From contig NC_085843.1 of NCBI RefSeq assembly GCF_035594765.1, forward strand, positions 217,473,971-217,537,970: 64,000 bases of DNA. The letters run 5' to 3'. Numbering within the stretch: the first letter of the stretch is position 1; each line of letters begins with the position of its first letter. Source of the DNA: Anolis carolinensis (lineage: Eukaryota). Below are positions 12,545 to 26,342 of the stretch, piece after piece. The translations under genes and the position numbers were made by a program. The notes under the pieces are model-generated. The model worked only from the letters and a program-made list of their open reading frames with translations, did not search any database and was not told the origin of the DNA.

Positions 12545-14894
12545 GGCGATCCCTCATCGTTCGAGGATGATAGTCTTCCAACCTTGGTATCTTGGGTGTG
12601 TGTTCTTACGTGGCTGAAGAGACCGATTCTTGACCCGCATATTCTCCCACAGTGAGGACATCGGTTTCCAGGTGGAAGGTGGTCCCGGTCGGGGTTAGCT
12701 TGACGCTCCTTCCTCTTGGCACGTTTCTCCCTTAAGCCCTCCGTTCGTGCCTCTTCAAACTCCGCAGCACTGCTGGTTACAGCTGACCTCCAGTTAGAGC
12801 GCTCAAGGGCCAGGGCTTCCCAGTTCTCAGTGTCTATGACACAGTTTTTAAGGTTGGCTTTGAGCCCATCTTTAAATCTCTTTTCCTGCCCACCAACATT
12901 CCGTTTCCCATTCTTGAGTTCGGAGTAGAGGAGCTGCTTTGGGAGACGGTGATCGGGCATTCGGACAACGTGGCCAGTCCAGCGGAGTTGATGGCGTAGG
13001 AGCATCGCTTCAATGCTGGTGGTCTTTGCTTCCTCAAGCACGCTGACATTTGTCCGCCTGTCTTCCCAAGAGATTTGCAGGATTTTCCTGAGGCAACGCT
13101 GATGGAAACGCTCCAGGAGTTTGGTGTGACGTCTGTAGACAGTCCAGGTTTCGCAGGCGTAGAGCAGGGTTGGGAGGACAATGGCTTTATAAACAAGCAC
13201 CTTGGTATCTCTACGGATGTCCCGGTCATCAAACACTCTCTGCTTCATACGGAAAAATGCTGCACTCGCAGAGCTCAGGCGGTGTTGTATTTCAGTGTTG
13301 ATGTTGACTTTTGTGGAGAGGTGGCTGCCAAGGTAGCGGAAATGGTCAACATTTTCTAATATTACACCGTTAAGCTGTATTCCTGGCTTTGCAGAGGGAT
13401 TAGCTGGTGTCTGTTGGAAGAGCACTTTGGTATTCTCGATGTTCAGTGAGAGGCCGAGCTTCTCGTATGCTTCTGCGAAGGTGTTTAGAGTGGCTTGTAG
13501 GTCTTCTTCTGAATGCACACAGACTACATTGTCATCAGCATATTGGAGTTCTATAACAGATGTTGTGGTGACCTTGGTTTTGGCTCTCAGTCTGCTGAGG
13601 TTAAATAGCTTGCAATCTGTCCGCTAGATGATTTCCACTCCGGTGGGAAGCTTCCCATCAACAAGGTGAAGTATCATAGCGATCAAGATGGAAAATAAGG
13701 TGGGGGCAATAACACATCCCTGCTTGACACCTGATTCCACCTTAAATGGGTCACTTTGGAAGCCGTTGCTGTCCAAGACTGTTGCCATCATGTCATCATG
13801 GAGGAGCCGCAGGATGTTCACAAATTTGTCAGGGCACCCGATTTTTTGGAGGATGGTCCAGAGGGCGCTGCGATTCACTGTGTCGAATGCCTTTGCAAGG
13901 TCAATGAATGCCATGTACAGAGGTTGGTTTTGTTCCCTGCATTTTTCTTGGAGCTGTCGAGCAGTGAAGATCATGTCCACTGTTCCTCTGGAGGGGCGGA
14001 AGCCATTCTGGGATTCTGGGAGGGTGTCTTCTGAGACAGGGAGAAGGCGGTTTGCAAGGATTCTTGCAAGGATTTTCCCGGCGGAGGTTAGAAGGGAGAT
14101 ACCACAATAGTTCCCGCAGTCTGTTCTGTCCCCTTTCTTAAAAAGGGTGATGATGGTGGCATCCTTGAAGTCTGCTGGGATTTTCTCGGTCATCCACACC
14201 TTTTCAATGAGCTGGTGGAGTTGTTGTATCAGCTCAGGTCCACCCTCTTTGAAGATTTCAGCAGGAATCCCATCAGGTCTGCTGGCTTTGTTGTTTTTTT
14301 GTTGGCTGATGGCATTGCTGACTTCTTCCAAACTAGGCAGTGCTGCAAGCTCATCCCTGGTTTGTTGTTGCGGGATTTGTGAGAGGGTCTCTTCGGCCAC
14401 ATTGGAGCTGCGATTCCAACATAGTGCAATTGATGTTTTGTCCTTCAGAATTTTGGTTCCATCTGATGAGCGTAGGGGCTGTATGCCATGGTTTCTTGGT
14501 CCATAAATGATCTTTGTGGCTTTGAAAAATCCCTAAGCGTCATGGGTATCTGCAAGGTGTTGGATTTCTTCAGCCTTCTTTGTCCACCAGATGTTCTTGA
14601 GTTCTCTGGTCCTTCTTTGGACCTCAGCTTTTGCACTGGCATAGATCTTTTTCTTGGTAGCACAGTTGGTGTCTCTCTGCCATGTTTGGAAGGCTTTCCT
14701 TTTGTTATCAATCAGCTGTTGGATCTCTTTGTCGTTATCATCAAACCAGTCTTGATGTTTCTTAGTTAGGTATCCAATGCTTTCTTCGCAGGCTGTGATG
14801 ATGGAGGTCTTCAGTTTGTTCCAATGTTCCTCAACATTTTCGGGGTGTTCTGTGGGTAGATGATCTTTGAGTGTTGTTTGGAGAAGGGCTCGTT
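12505..14894 (-). mobile_element. RTE-1 LINE, 5'-truncated, disrupted ORF
   Basis: RT motifs (AFIDLAKAFDTVNR, SGVKQGCVIAPTLF, YADD), C-terminal CPHC...H...H finger, (TAAG)n tail. In-frame stop at 13624. TSD TG(A/G)AAAATTGTA at 12493 and 14895. Inserted into a MIR-like SINE. Confidence 0.95.
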
Positions 14895-15419
14895 TGGAAA
14901 ATTGTAACTTGCCCAAGATCACCCAATGGGTAGTCATGGCTGAATGGAGAGTCAGAGATGATCTTATAGTCCTCTGCTCAAACGACTACATCACACTGTA
15001 TCTTAAAATCAGGATAGAAAGTTATTTATCAGTTCATGCCTATGAATGCTTTTCTTTTAAAAAGATGTTTTGAAAGACATTATTTTTGTAAGACAGAGTA
15101 ATGGATCTTATGAACTGTATTTTCAAATATTATTCATGTGGCCCAGGGCCAGCTCTGTCATTTAGTGGAGCAAGTCAGTCACCTTGGATGTCAAATTTCA
15201 GAAGTCATGAAATGGCAGAGGTTTTTTGCAGAATTTCTTGTTTTAAATGTCAAAAATCAAACAGACAAATACCAAAAACAGCCTACCATGTTGATTGGGG
15301 GGTTCTGGGACTTGTAGTACAAAAATAACTTTGCAAAGTTTTTGCTAATCCACCCATGGTTTGGACCTATTCCAACACAGCAAAGGACACTCAACACTTT
15401 GGGATGGGTGCATATACAC

Positions 15420-15620
15420 CAGGTATGGGCAAATCCAGGCCTGGGGGCCAGATGCGGCCCTTTGGGCTCTTGTCTCAGGCCCTCCTCTCTCTCACCATCC
15501 TATCCTTCCTTCCCTCTTTCCTTCCTCCTTCCTTCTCTCCCTCCCTCCCTCCCTTCCTCCCTTCCTTCCTTCTCTCCCTCCCTCCCTTCTCTTTTTCCTT
15601 CCTCCTTTCCTCCTGGAGGA
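15420..15620 (+). mobile_element. hAT element end with CT-rich tract (similar end in reverse at about 11320-11508)
   Basis: CAGGTATGGGCAAA...GGGCCAGATGCGGCCC terminal motif. Confidence 0.6.
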
Positions 15621-15960
15621 TATTTAGCTGGGAGAAGAGATTGTTGAGAGGGAACATGAAAATCATGTTTCAAGATTTCAAAGGGTGTCCCACTGAGGAG
15701 GAAGGGAGGGTGAAAACTGATTTTCTGCTTCTCTAGAAACCAGGAGACAAGGGAGCAATGGGTTCAAATGGCAGGGAAAGATTAGGAAGAAGTTCTTGAA
15801 GAGTGGCATAGGCTGCCTGGGAGTGTGGTGAAGTCTTCTTCTCTGGAGGCTTTTCCACAGAAGCTGTCTATTGGGAGTGTTTTGATTGTGCCACCTTGCA
15901 TGGCAGGGGGTTGGTCTGGATGGCCCTTGGGGATGTCTTCCAACTCCAGGATTCTGGGAT
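15615..15960 (+). mobile_element. CR1 LINE 3' end (other CR1 tails at 5823-5940, 41450-41595, 52338-52403 on the minus strand)
   Basis: GGCCCTTGGGGATGTCTTCCAACTC...GATTCT terminal motif. Confidence 0.8.
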
Positions 15961-16221
15961 TATATATCAGGAGTAGGCAATACAGGGTCTCAAGGATGCA
16001 CTTTTTCTCTCCCATCCACCATCTCATCCTGACCAGGGACAATCCTTTTGAGATCCAAATGTTTCCCATCTTTCCTCCACTTTCTGCCTCCAGAAGAGAA
16101 GAGGAATAGGAGGAAAGGAAAGGGATGGGTCTTGAGGAGAACCCCCTCCTTCCTGGTCCCTCCACCCCGCTCTGGCCCATCATGCAGTCCCCCAGTTAGA
16201 AAGTTGGCCTATGCCTGATAT

Positions 16222-16422
16222 ACACTGTAGAGTGCATGCAGTTGGACACCTCTTCAATTGCCACAGCTCAGTGTTATGGAATCTTGCAAATAGTTATTTC
16301 ACAAAGTCTTTTGCCTTCTCTGCCAAAGAGTGCTTGTGCCTCACCAAACTCCAGATTCTAAGTTCCCATAGCATCACACTTAAAATGGTGTCAAACAGTG
16401 TTCATTCTGCTGTGTAGATGCA
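16222..16422. mobile_element. Palindromic MITE (monomer of the intron-1 tandem array)
   Basis: TACACTGTAGA...CTCTGCCAAAGAGTGCT...TCTGCTGTGTAGATG. Confidence 0.65.
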
Positions 16423-18573
16423 CTTTCAGTTGGATTTTGTGGAGGAGGCTGACTTTGTCCCTCGGGTGACCTAGGATTTGGAAGATGATGACTCAAGTAT
16501 GACTCAGTATAGTCAGTATAGCTACTGACTGCAAAAAGAGTACAGCTAGGGATTGGCCCGATATCAGGTTTCTCCAGAAGCTCATTTCATGTTCCATTGT
16601 TGTTTAATATCCGTATTCATTAGTGTCAAGGAATGTGGTCTGGGGGTTATGCTGATCAAATTTGCGACTGGTACAAATCTAAGAAGGATCTTGGATTCTT
16701 GAGGAGATAACACCAGGATTAAAACCTGAAGTATAAATACTTTTTTGTACATGGGAAAGCCAGGCTGATATAAATAAACTACAAATCATGGAAGAGGTTT
16801 GCAAGGGGCTGAGTTACAGGTGGAAGGCAGAAATAAAGTGTGTGAGGGAGAGTTAAAGCAGAAAAAGTTCTATAAAATATTAGGTAGATTGGTCAAGAAT
16901 CGGCAGAACATGCCCATGATTAAAAATATTCCTTTAACAATCGTGCTGGATTACAAAAATGGAGAAAAGATAATTTCTGCTCTACTTAGTTCCAGTTCAT
17001 AGTGTTATGGGAACTGTATAAAAGAAAGCACAACTAAAATGACTTCACACAAGGGAAGCATTTCCAAAGTGGCATTGATCCGTGCTGGCTCCATTGGAGG
17101 CAACACAACATGGGCAGGCTCCCATTTTTGGAGGGAAGCTTCTAAGGACACTTTCACTCTGGTTGTGGGTGGAGCCTCCACTGGAAGTCCAGCAATGTTG
17201 TGTGATGGGCAGTGTATCCATCCATCGCTGGACTGGCGGGGAAGTGTCCTAGGATGCTAAAGAAGCCCCGTGTGATGAGGTGGTATATCTTCAGTTCTGA
17301 AGGTACAATGTTAATGCTATAAATTAAGGGTGAGAATTATGTGGACTTTGATATATTGTTGGACTGCAATTCCAATATCCCTAGTCAGGATAGCCAATTG
17401 TGGATGCTAGGTTCAACACCATTTGAAGGACTATAGAACCTCACCTCCAAATCAACTTTTCTCTTCCTCCTGATGTAGCATTGATCTGGAATTCTCTTGG
17501 TGACTTATGTTCTGGGAGAAGAATTAACAGCTCATTAAGTTATTATTCACTCTTCTTCTAGTCAATTAATTAGAATCCCACAAGAATTTTGTAGTAGTAA
17601 AAACAAACTTTATCAATTAGGTTGTTAGAGTTGATTAGGATGATGCCCCTTTCTCTGTCACAATCTATAAAACAAAAAATCCTACTGTCACAAGAGGACA
17701 AATATTAGAATTGGAGGAAAGATGTCACATAGTTCTCTGGTTTTAAAAAGTGGGTGTTTTACTTGCTGTTTTTCCACTTTTGTGGTGGCCCTGTGCTCCT
17801 AAACCCAGCCAGGATGGACTATAGAGAATTTTATCTTTCTAGATTGTTTTCCAGAAGCTGTTTAGGCATTATGCACTCTCTTAGTATGGAAATATATCCA
17901 ATGTTCATGACTTTCAACAAATCTAGGATGTGGTTACATATTATTTCACAGCTTTACTACTGTGCTATTTATTATTACATATATGGCATCCTAGCAGTGA
18001 TTTTTGAAGGCAAAGCCATTTTAGACCTGGCCATTTACAGACCTGTGGAAAGTGGTGACAGAGAAGCATCCAGCTTTGTTTCTGTATATGGATGTACCGT
18101 AATTATATCACTCTTTGAAATCATGGGATTTTTAAAGCTCAAGAGTGTGTGACTTGCCCAAGGTCCTCCTAAGGGCTTTCATAGAGACCTGAACCCTGTG
18201 TTCCAGAGTCATAGTTGAACACTCACACCACTACAGCAAATGGAGAAGTCCTGTAAATAATACCTTATGGAGAAGACTTGTAGCAGGGTGACATGGAGTA
18301 TTGAACTTTATGGTACATCTCTTGATACAAGATCATTCATCCAGATGTTCAGCCCAGGTGGATGAAACTATGGATCAAGGTATATTAGTTACCATGGCGC
18401 ATCACTATAACATCCTATGGGAATGATCTGTCCCAAAGAGGAATATACCAGGGTGGTTTTACACTGACAAATGAAGCGGGGTCGATTTGGTGTTCTGGCT
18501 GCTGGATTGATCCCATTTGGTGTCCTGATATGAACTTCCTCACTGCTGGGGAGCATGGGATGATTGGCAAGAT

Positions 18574-20541
18574 GTTGTTGTTGTTTATTTGTTCTGTCTC
18601 TTCCAATTCTGTGTGACCTCATAGGCCAGCCCATGCCAGAGCTCCCTGTTAGTCGTTGCCACCCCCAGCTCTTTCAAGGTCAAACCAGTCACTTCAACTA
18701 CCATCCATCCATCTTGCCCTTGGTCGGCCCCTCTTCCTTTTTCTTTCATTTCTTCTCCAAGCTTTCCTGTCTTCTTATTATGTGGCCAAAGTAATTCATC
18801 TTTACCTCTAATATCCTTCCCTCCAATGAGCAGTTGGGCATTATTTCCTGGAGTATGGACTGGCTGGATCTTCTTGCGATCCAAGGCACTCTTAGAATTT
18901 TCCTCCAACATCACAGTTCAAAAGCTCAGCCTTCCTTATGGTCTAGCTCTCGCATTCATAGGTTACTACGGGGAATACAATTGCTTTAACTATGTGGACC
19001 TTTGATGCCGGTGTGATGTCTCTACTCTTCACTATTTTATTGAGATTGGTTCTCACAAGAAGTAAATGTCTTCTAATTTCCTGGCTGAAGTAACCTTTGT
19101 GCCTAGAAATACAAAATCTGTCGCTGCCTCCACGTTTTCTCCCTCTATTTGCCAGTTATCAATCAGTCTGGTTGCCATAATCTTGGTTTTTTTAATGTTT
19201 AACTGCAACCCAGCTTTTGCACTTTCTTCTTTCACCTTGGTGGTAAGGCTCCTCAGCTCCTCCTCACTTTCAGTCATAAAAGTGGTATCATCTGCGTATC
19301 TAAGGTTGTTAATGTTTTTTCCAGCAATTTTAACTCAAGTCGTGGATTCATCAAGACCTGTATGTTGCATGATTTGTTCTGCATACAAGTTGAATAGGTA
19401 GGGTGAAAGTATACAGCCCTGCCACACTCCTTTCCCAATCTTGAACCAGTCTGTTGTTCCGTGGTCTGTTCTTACTGCTGCTACGTGGTTGTTATACAGA
19501 TTTCTCAGGAGACAGACAAGGTGACTTGGTACCCCCATACCACCAAGAACTTGCCACAATTTATTATGATCCACACAGTCAGTCTTTAAAATAGTCAATA
19601 AAACAGAAATAGTTGTTTTTCTGAAACTCCCTGCCTTCCTCCATTATTCTCTACCTTTTCAAAGCCCAGCTTATACATCTGGCAACTCTCACTCAATGTA
19701 TTGCTGGCATCTACCTTGCACGATCTTGAGCATTACCTTACTGGCATGTGAAATAAGTGCCACTGTATGAAAGTGTGAGCATTCTTTAGCATTTCCCTTT
19801 TTTGGTATGGGGATATACATTGATTTTTTCCAATCTGATGGCCATTCTTGTGTTTTCCATATATGCTGGCATATGGCATGCATCACCTTGACAGCATCAT
19901 CTTTCAAGATTTTAAACAGTTTGGCTGGGATCCTGTTGTCTCCTGCTGCCTTTTTATTAGCAATGTTTCTTAAGGCCCATTAAACCTCCCGTCTCAAGCT
20001 GTCTGGTTCTAATACACTCACCACACCGTCAAAGCAATCCTCGATATTATTGTTGTTCCTATACAGATCTTCTGTATAGTCTTGCTACCTTCTCTTGATC
20101 TCTTCAGCTTCTGTTAGGTCCTTGCCATCTTTGTTTTTGATCATGCCCATTTTTGCCTGAAATTTACCTCCAATGTTTCTAATTTTCTGGAAGAAGTCTC
20201 TTGTCCTTCCTATTCTATTGTCTTCTTCCACTTCCATGCATTGTTTAAAATTAGTTCCTTGACTCTTCTGGCTAACCTCTGGAATTGTGCGTTTAATTGG
20301 GCATATCTCCCCCTGTCACTATTTCCTTTCACCTACCTTCTTTCTTGGGATACTTCCAGTGTCTCAGCAGACAACCATCTTGCTTTCTTGGTTTTCTTTT
20401 TCTTTGTGACGTACTTTGTTGCTGCCTCCTGAACAATGTTGCGAACTTCTGTCCATAGTTCTTCTGGGACTCTATTTACTAAATCTAGTCCCTTAAATCT
20501 ATTCTTCACCTCCACTGCATATTCACTAGGAATATTTGGAC
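18574..20541 (-). mobile_element. BovB (RTE clade) LINE, 5'-truncated and decayed
   Basis: Fragmented peptides 'IWKTQEWPSDWKKSMYIPIPKKGNAKEC', 'WFKIGKGVWQGCILSPYLFNLYAE', 'KEESAKAGLQLNIKKTKIM'. (CAA)n tail. Candidate TSD TG(G/A)CAAGAT at 18565 and 20542. Confidence 0.92.
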
Positions 20542-21642
20542 TGACAAGATAGCTACTACCATTTAGGAACTGGCTAAGCTGTCTCAACACCTTTTGACTA
20601 TAGGGACAACCTGAATCCTACCTCATGCAATGCAATTGTTTACTAGAAATGAAAAAGTCATGATTACAGCACAGAAAAAGTAAGGTTATTCCTATTAAGT
20701 TATAATTCTAGCAACATAGTTGTACCCTTCTCACAGAGGGGGGGAAAAGATATTGTAAATGAATTGTTATTTTGATAACTAGTTACTCCTCAAGCTACAG
20801 CACGGGCCATAACATTAAAGAAAGAATAGAAATAAGCCACAGCTAATCAAAAAGTTGATTGTGAAGCAAGCCTGGCTGAAATGGGGTCACTGAGAATCAT
20901 GCTGACAAGTTTGGAAGCTTTCCACTTTCTACTGTAAACAGCTAATGAGCAAGTAATGGAAGAGGGAAAGAGAGATTTAATCTCCTTCTAGGAACACATA
21001 CTCAGAGGTGAAAATAACAAATTCTTCAGTCAAATTCCTGTCCAGGGCCAGCATAAGCAAAGGCACAGTAGTGGTACAGTAGGAATGTTGTTTGTTTAAG
21101 AGAGCATACCCACCAGCTTTTCATCAATGAAAACCAGGATGCTGTGGCCGAGTGTCATCAGGTGGCAGTCAAAATGACAGACTTTATAAACACATAAGCT
21201 AACTACCTCATCACATTAGACAATTTTCCCATTTCTAGATGCTGTTAAATTGAAGTCCCATGGTTGCCATCACATGACCCAAGGCTACTTCTGGTGTTCA
21301 CCTGATGGTCCCTGGTGCTTTCATTAAAAAATATGTGTTATTTGAAACCAGCAATCTACCAGCTTCAGCACTCTGTATGTGCCTAGATGTGTGAAAAATC
21401 ATGGATTTTCCCATGTGATGGCAACTGGTCATTTTCACCATGGCAAACTGTTTTATGACATCAGTTGGCAGGCAAAAAGTGGATGGTTCCAAATGCTAAC
21501 TGTAAATCTTCTCTCGTTGCCATTACTCCCTTGCATCTATCATTACTGTTAGTCCCTGCAGTTGTAAGTTTCCTCCCCCTCATTAAAAGAAATGTTTTGC
21601 ATTGTGATATCTGGAACTCCCCCTCTCATCTTGATTAACCAA

Positions 21643-22382
21643 TAGGCATGTGCGATCCATGAAAAAAATGGTTCACTACTCGCTTTGAAAGTAGGGGGTG
21701 CTGGCGCTTCGTTTCTAAAGTCATTTCCAAATTTTGAAGCAAAAAATTAAAAACTTTACAAAACTTCCGAATCTTTGTATGTACCTCGTTAATGGCGGAT
21801 GTGCATACGCATCATGGGAATCATTATCGTCAATGGGGAAAATTGAGGGACTTCTCCCTCCCTCATTTTTTGAGCTATCCCAATGAAATTAGCCACAGTG
21901 GTAGAACACAAAAACCACTGTTAGCTCACCAAATCTAAGAATGTTTGACTTATTCTCAGATTTTTGATGAATTTTCAAAGTTTGTATAAAAACATTTTTA
22001 AATAATAACAAAAATCTGTTCCTGGTTTGAGGAAGTGGTTTGCAAGGGAGATCCTGCAGAGGCGAAGCAGTAGTCAGCCCACCAGCAATGCTCTTTGCAA
22101 ATCCAGGCTCACTCCACTTCTGCAAGAGCCCCTTAGAAACCAACCACTCCAGGACAGGAAGGGGATTTCTCTCCTGAATAGCAATGGTTGGTTGAATTAA
22201 AACACTTTCTCATTTATCAGAAGGTTATCTGAAGGTATTTCAAGCCATGGGCACTAACATTCAAATTGGAAGGTTAATTCAGAAGCGCCAAACCACCTTG
22301 TAACCCAGGTCAATATTAATACAATTAACAAATTTATTACAATTAACGACTTTACCGATTTTTTATTTTTTGCTCATGCCTA
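21643..22382. mobile_element. hAT non-autonomous element
   Basis: TIR TAGGCATG...CATGCCTA; 8-bp TSD TTAA(C/G)CAA. Confidence 0.85.
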
Positions 22383-22773
22383 TTAAGCAATGCAAGTTCT
22401 GAACTAATCAAGTGATAACTGTAGACCCCAGTTTCGGTAGTCAGGTGGCCTGAACATCAACCACTGGCATAATGCCATCCTTAATTCTCTGCCTTGATGA
22501 GTTTCATACTCCAGTGAGTGGGAAAAAAGAGTGGGGGAGGCAGGATGCCTGTGATAGCAAATGAAGCGAGCAAATCCAGATAAGAAGAACAGATGTGATG
22601 AATTAATTATCTATTTCATTTAAACATGTGCTAACACTGAACACTAATGGGAAGGTCCACATCAACCCGCATTATTTGTCTAATGTGATGAACTCCTAAG
22701 AGCAGTTTGCTTTTGTCTGAGCTTACTGGGAATGGCAAGAACCCACCTTCTTGTCCCTTCTCACTGCTTCTGT

Positions 22774-22919
22774 GGCCCCTTCACTGCCATATAAAATCCA
22801 GATTATCTGCTTTGAACTGGATTATATAGCAGTGTAGACTCATATAATCCAGTTCAAAGCAGATAGTGTGTATTATCTGATTTGATAATTTGGATTTTGT
22901 GGCAGTGTAGAAGGGGCCT
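22774..22919. mobile_element. Palindromic PIF/Harbinger-like MITE (copies at 4032-4182, 32889-33918, 44077-45165, 62717-62945)
   Basis: GGCCCCTT(CTA)CACTGCCATATAA...TTATATGGCAGTGTAGAAGGGGCC inverted structure. Confidence 0.75.
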
Positions 22920-24367
22920 GTTTTAGTTAAGTGCAAAATACTTTGTCACCTTGAACTCCATTGCAGCAAATTAAGTAAACTGTGGACAAAAGAGGAAAGC
23001 GAATGGTAGAGAAACAGGGCCTTTTTAACAACAGCTGAAAAGGTTGGATGTTAGAGAACTAATCAGGAATGTGCCCACAATACTGGGACAGTTGGTGCGT
23101 ATGGAAGAGAGGACAGAAGAAGGATAGAGACCTAGTTAGGCTTTGTGCATAATTATGTTTGTTGTTAATGGTTATAACAGCAACATATGTAGAACCAGTG
23201 GTAGCACAACAGCAAGCACCACACTTGTCTCAATGTAAAATAAATCATTTACCTGCTTTTATGCTCGGCCTCTGTGTCAGGATTTGATATCATGGGTTAA
23301 GGAAGCCTCATGAAGGAAGAACAGTCAAGTTAGGACTTTTGGTGCTATCTCAGATTAAATTAGAAGATTCAGATCTTCATTACAAGCAATGAAGGATATT
23401 TACAATTTGAAGGAGGGGGTTCAGTCTCAGTACATTAAGCTATACATATTTACTCAAAAGTAAGTCTCATTAAATTTAGCAGGGAATTAATTTACTAAAT
23501 CCTAAATAAATGTGAATCTGATCTTGGGTGGACCAGAAATGGACCTCAGTGCATGAAGTTTGGTGCCAAACAAAACTTGTTAGGTACCACAATATATTTT
23601 TGCTGTATTTAACTCAGTGGTACTTATTTCTGTGTCAACAAGCTTAGAAATGTGCTACTTTTCAAATAATGGGGGTGGGGGGGGGGGGAACCTGCCTTTC
23701 AGGTCTAAAAGGGCCCTACTAAAAGATATACTAACTGTACATTATACCATAGTATAAGATGAGACAAGAACATAGTTAATAGAGGTTATTTGTGCATTCC
23801 CCTTACCGTCTCATCTCATACACTTTTTGCAACACTGTTCCTGATTAGGAAATATGGAGATTTGTAAACACTTGCCCTTTGGACAGCTCTAATGTAAGTA
23901 GTACATTAACATTATTTGTGGAAATTTTTCTAAGTTTATATATACAGAAGTAAACAAGCTTAGAATCCCCACTGAGTTAATGCAGGCAAAAGTTACGAAC
24001 AGAGTCACTTGACCATTCTTTGTATGCTCCAAATATGATGAAAATACAGGAATTCCATTTTTTGCAGTGTTCTCAATGCCAAGAGTGTTATAGAATTCCA
24101 TACCTGCTGAACAACTCTTGATGCATTCTTTGGTGAGTGACTAATTCTTGAAATTAGTCATTTTTAATCATGTTTTTCTTTTTTTAATCTGTGACTTCCT
24201 TTTGTTATATATGTCTGTGCTGCGATATTGTTAGTGTATGCTAATAGAAGGCTGTTGTTGCTGACTTCTGTTGTTATGTGCCTTCAGGTCACAGCGACTC
24301 TAAAGTGAACATATTGTGGCCACAATTTCTTCAGAGGGAATTTGAACCCAGGTTTCCCAAACTTTTA

Positions 24368-25633
24368 GCCTATGTCTACACCAGGTGAAACAATCCAGAA
24401 TAGTTTGCTCTAGTGCAGCGCTGGATGTATCATGGTGAGTCCACATGTACTACTAAGGAATCACTCCAAAGCTATTTATTGATGACATATTGGTATGGGT
24501 GCTGTGTTCCTTTGGGTGCCAGTCCCAGTGGTGACGTCATTTCCGGTGAGCTCACAACAGAGCACGCATCAATGGGTACTTCCAGAAAGTGTCAAAACGT
24601 GGGATTGATTTGTGGGATAAACAATGTTGGGACCTCAGAACAGGTCCCCACACAGACCTGCTGGTCCTGGGCTTTCTTCTCCTGCCATCCTCACAGCCCT
24701 TCTGTATCGCAGGATAAAATGAGGGTGGACGAGAGACATCTGCCAGAATTTCTTTTTAAAAAAACACTCAATTATGCCCTGATCCTTATAGGCGCACATG
24801 CGAATATCCTAATACAAATTTGGAGAAATTCGTATGTGTGCATATTCGCATCAGTACTTAACAATGGGACATTTAATAAAAATGCAGCCAGATTTCCCTC
24901 TTTCCCCAATTGCTTATTCACTATCTATTTAATATTATAAAGTGTAAAATAAATGCTTTCAGAAACCTCTAATGGCGCTCCGCTTCTCTCTTGAAACTAG
25001 CTGGAAATCAGCTGTGTCTCCGTGGCAGCCCGAACAGGTGATCAGCTGCTTTGGGCTTTTAAAAGCCAGCATCGGTGAGAAACAGTCTCCACAGGGGGTA
25101 AAGAGGGAAATCACAAACTTTGCATGATTGCAGGGGCACATAGTCATGGGAAAATTCATTTTTTTTTTGTCTGGAATCGGGACAAAAGGGGACCTTTTTG
25201 AATCAGGTTTTTTCTCCGTTGCTGTGATTGAGCACACATTTAGCACAAATGTCATCTGGGCATCCCTCTTTTTAACTCGCTGTCTCCCAAACTATAGGTA
25301 CTGTATGGAAGTGGCCAATGTGATCACCAGAAATGATGTCACCAGCAAGGTTTAATGGGGAGCTGCTCCTGGCTGGCAAAACAGTGGTAGGTCTTTTGTA
25401 TGGGTGGACACTGAATCACCCCAGATTCAGTCTAATCTAGCTGTCTGCATGTCAAAAACACCAGGGATCGCTTTGGAGCTTACTAGGAAGCTTTAGAGCA
25501 GGCAGTAATTCTTTTAGTAATTGATTACAGGCTGGAAGCAGGACTTTTGTTGCAGAACTGGCCATGCATCATCTGGATTGTGCACTGTGGGTTTGAGGTG
25601 AGTATGTTTTATTTGGCCAGTGTAGACATGGGG
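24368..25633. mobile_element. Probable Harbinger-like non-autonomous element
   Basis: TIR ATGTCTACAC/GTGTAGACAT and subterminal inverted GACGTCATTTCCGGTGA / TCACCAGAAATGATGTC. Confidence 0.6.
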
Positions 25634-25907
25634 CAAGTCTAATTATCAAACCACTACACCTAATTCTCAAACCACTAGCTCTTGGGATTCATAGAAATCA
25701 TTGAATTATTGCTGTAGGCCAGGGGCAGCTCAGACATTTTATAGCCTGAAGTAGAGCAGTAGTTCCTGATCCCTCACCTTGTAGAAAGCCAAGATTCATA
25801 ATACTCTAGGTCTGCAAAGTTATTTGACATTTCACAAGCATTTCTCCCTTTTCCTGGCAATGAAAACAAATTAATAAGCAAGAATTCACTGCTTTTTATG
25901 ATACAGA

Positions 25908-25908
<1 letters not shown>

Positions 25909-25960
<52 letters not shown>

Positions 25961-26342
25961 CTTTATTTATACCCCGCCACCATCTCCCCAACGGGGACTC
26001 GGGGCGGCTTACATGGGGCCATGCCCAAAACAATACAATGTAAACAGCATATAAAAGAACAGCACAACACAATACAATAAGCAATACAGTAAATAATATC
26101 CATTACAAAATAAAACAAGGAGACAATAAAAACAAGGGTAGACCACATGAACATTAAGTTAAAACTCGGTGTGAGAAAGACATAAAAATAAAAACCACAG
26201 CGAACAGGGTCATAAGGGAGTGGGGTATTCTGGAGGAGATATTAGAGGGAGCAACGGAAAAGAAATATAAAATGGTTACTCTCCAAAAGCACAGCGAAAG
26301 AGCCATGTTTTCAAGTCTTTCTTGAAGGCTTCTAGTGTGCTA
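25909..26342 (-). mobile_element. L2 LINE 3' end with (AAT)n tail
   Basis: Peptide end 'TLEAFKKDLKTWLFRCAF'. Tail shared with 774-900, 55366-55471, 56280-56360 and 63885-63960. Confidence 0.85.

Noticed and set aside
12538-13518. 326-aa ORF as a host gene
   Set aside because: It is the C-terminal part of an RTE LINE ORF with tail and TSD.
24413-24940. 175-aa ORF
   Set aside because: Lies inside a non-autonomous TIR element; no recognisable domain or splice structure.
25896-26084. Poly-Leu/poly-Ile ORFs
   Set aside because: Translations of the (AAT)n microsatellite.
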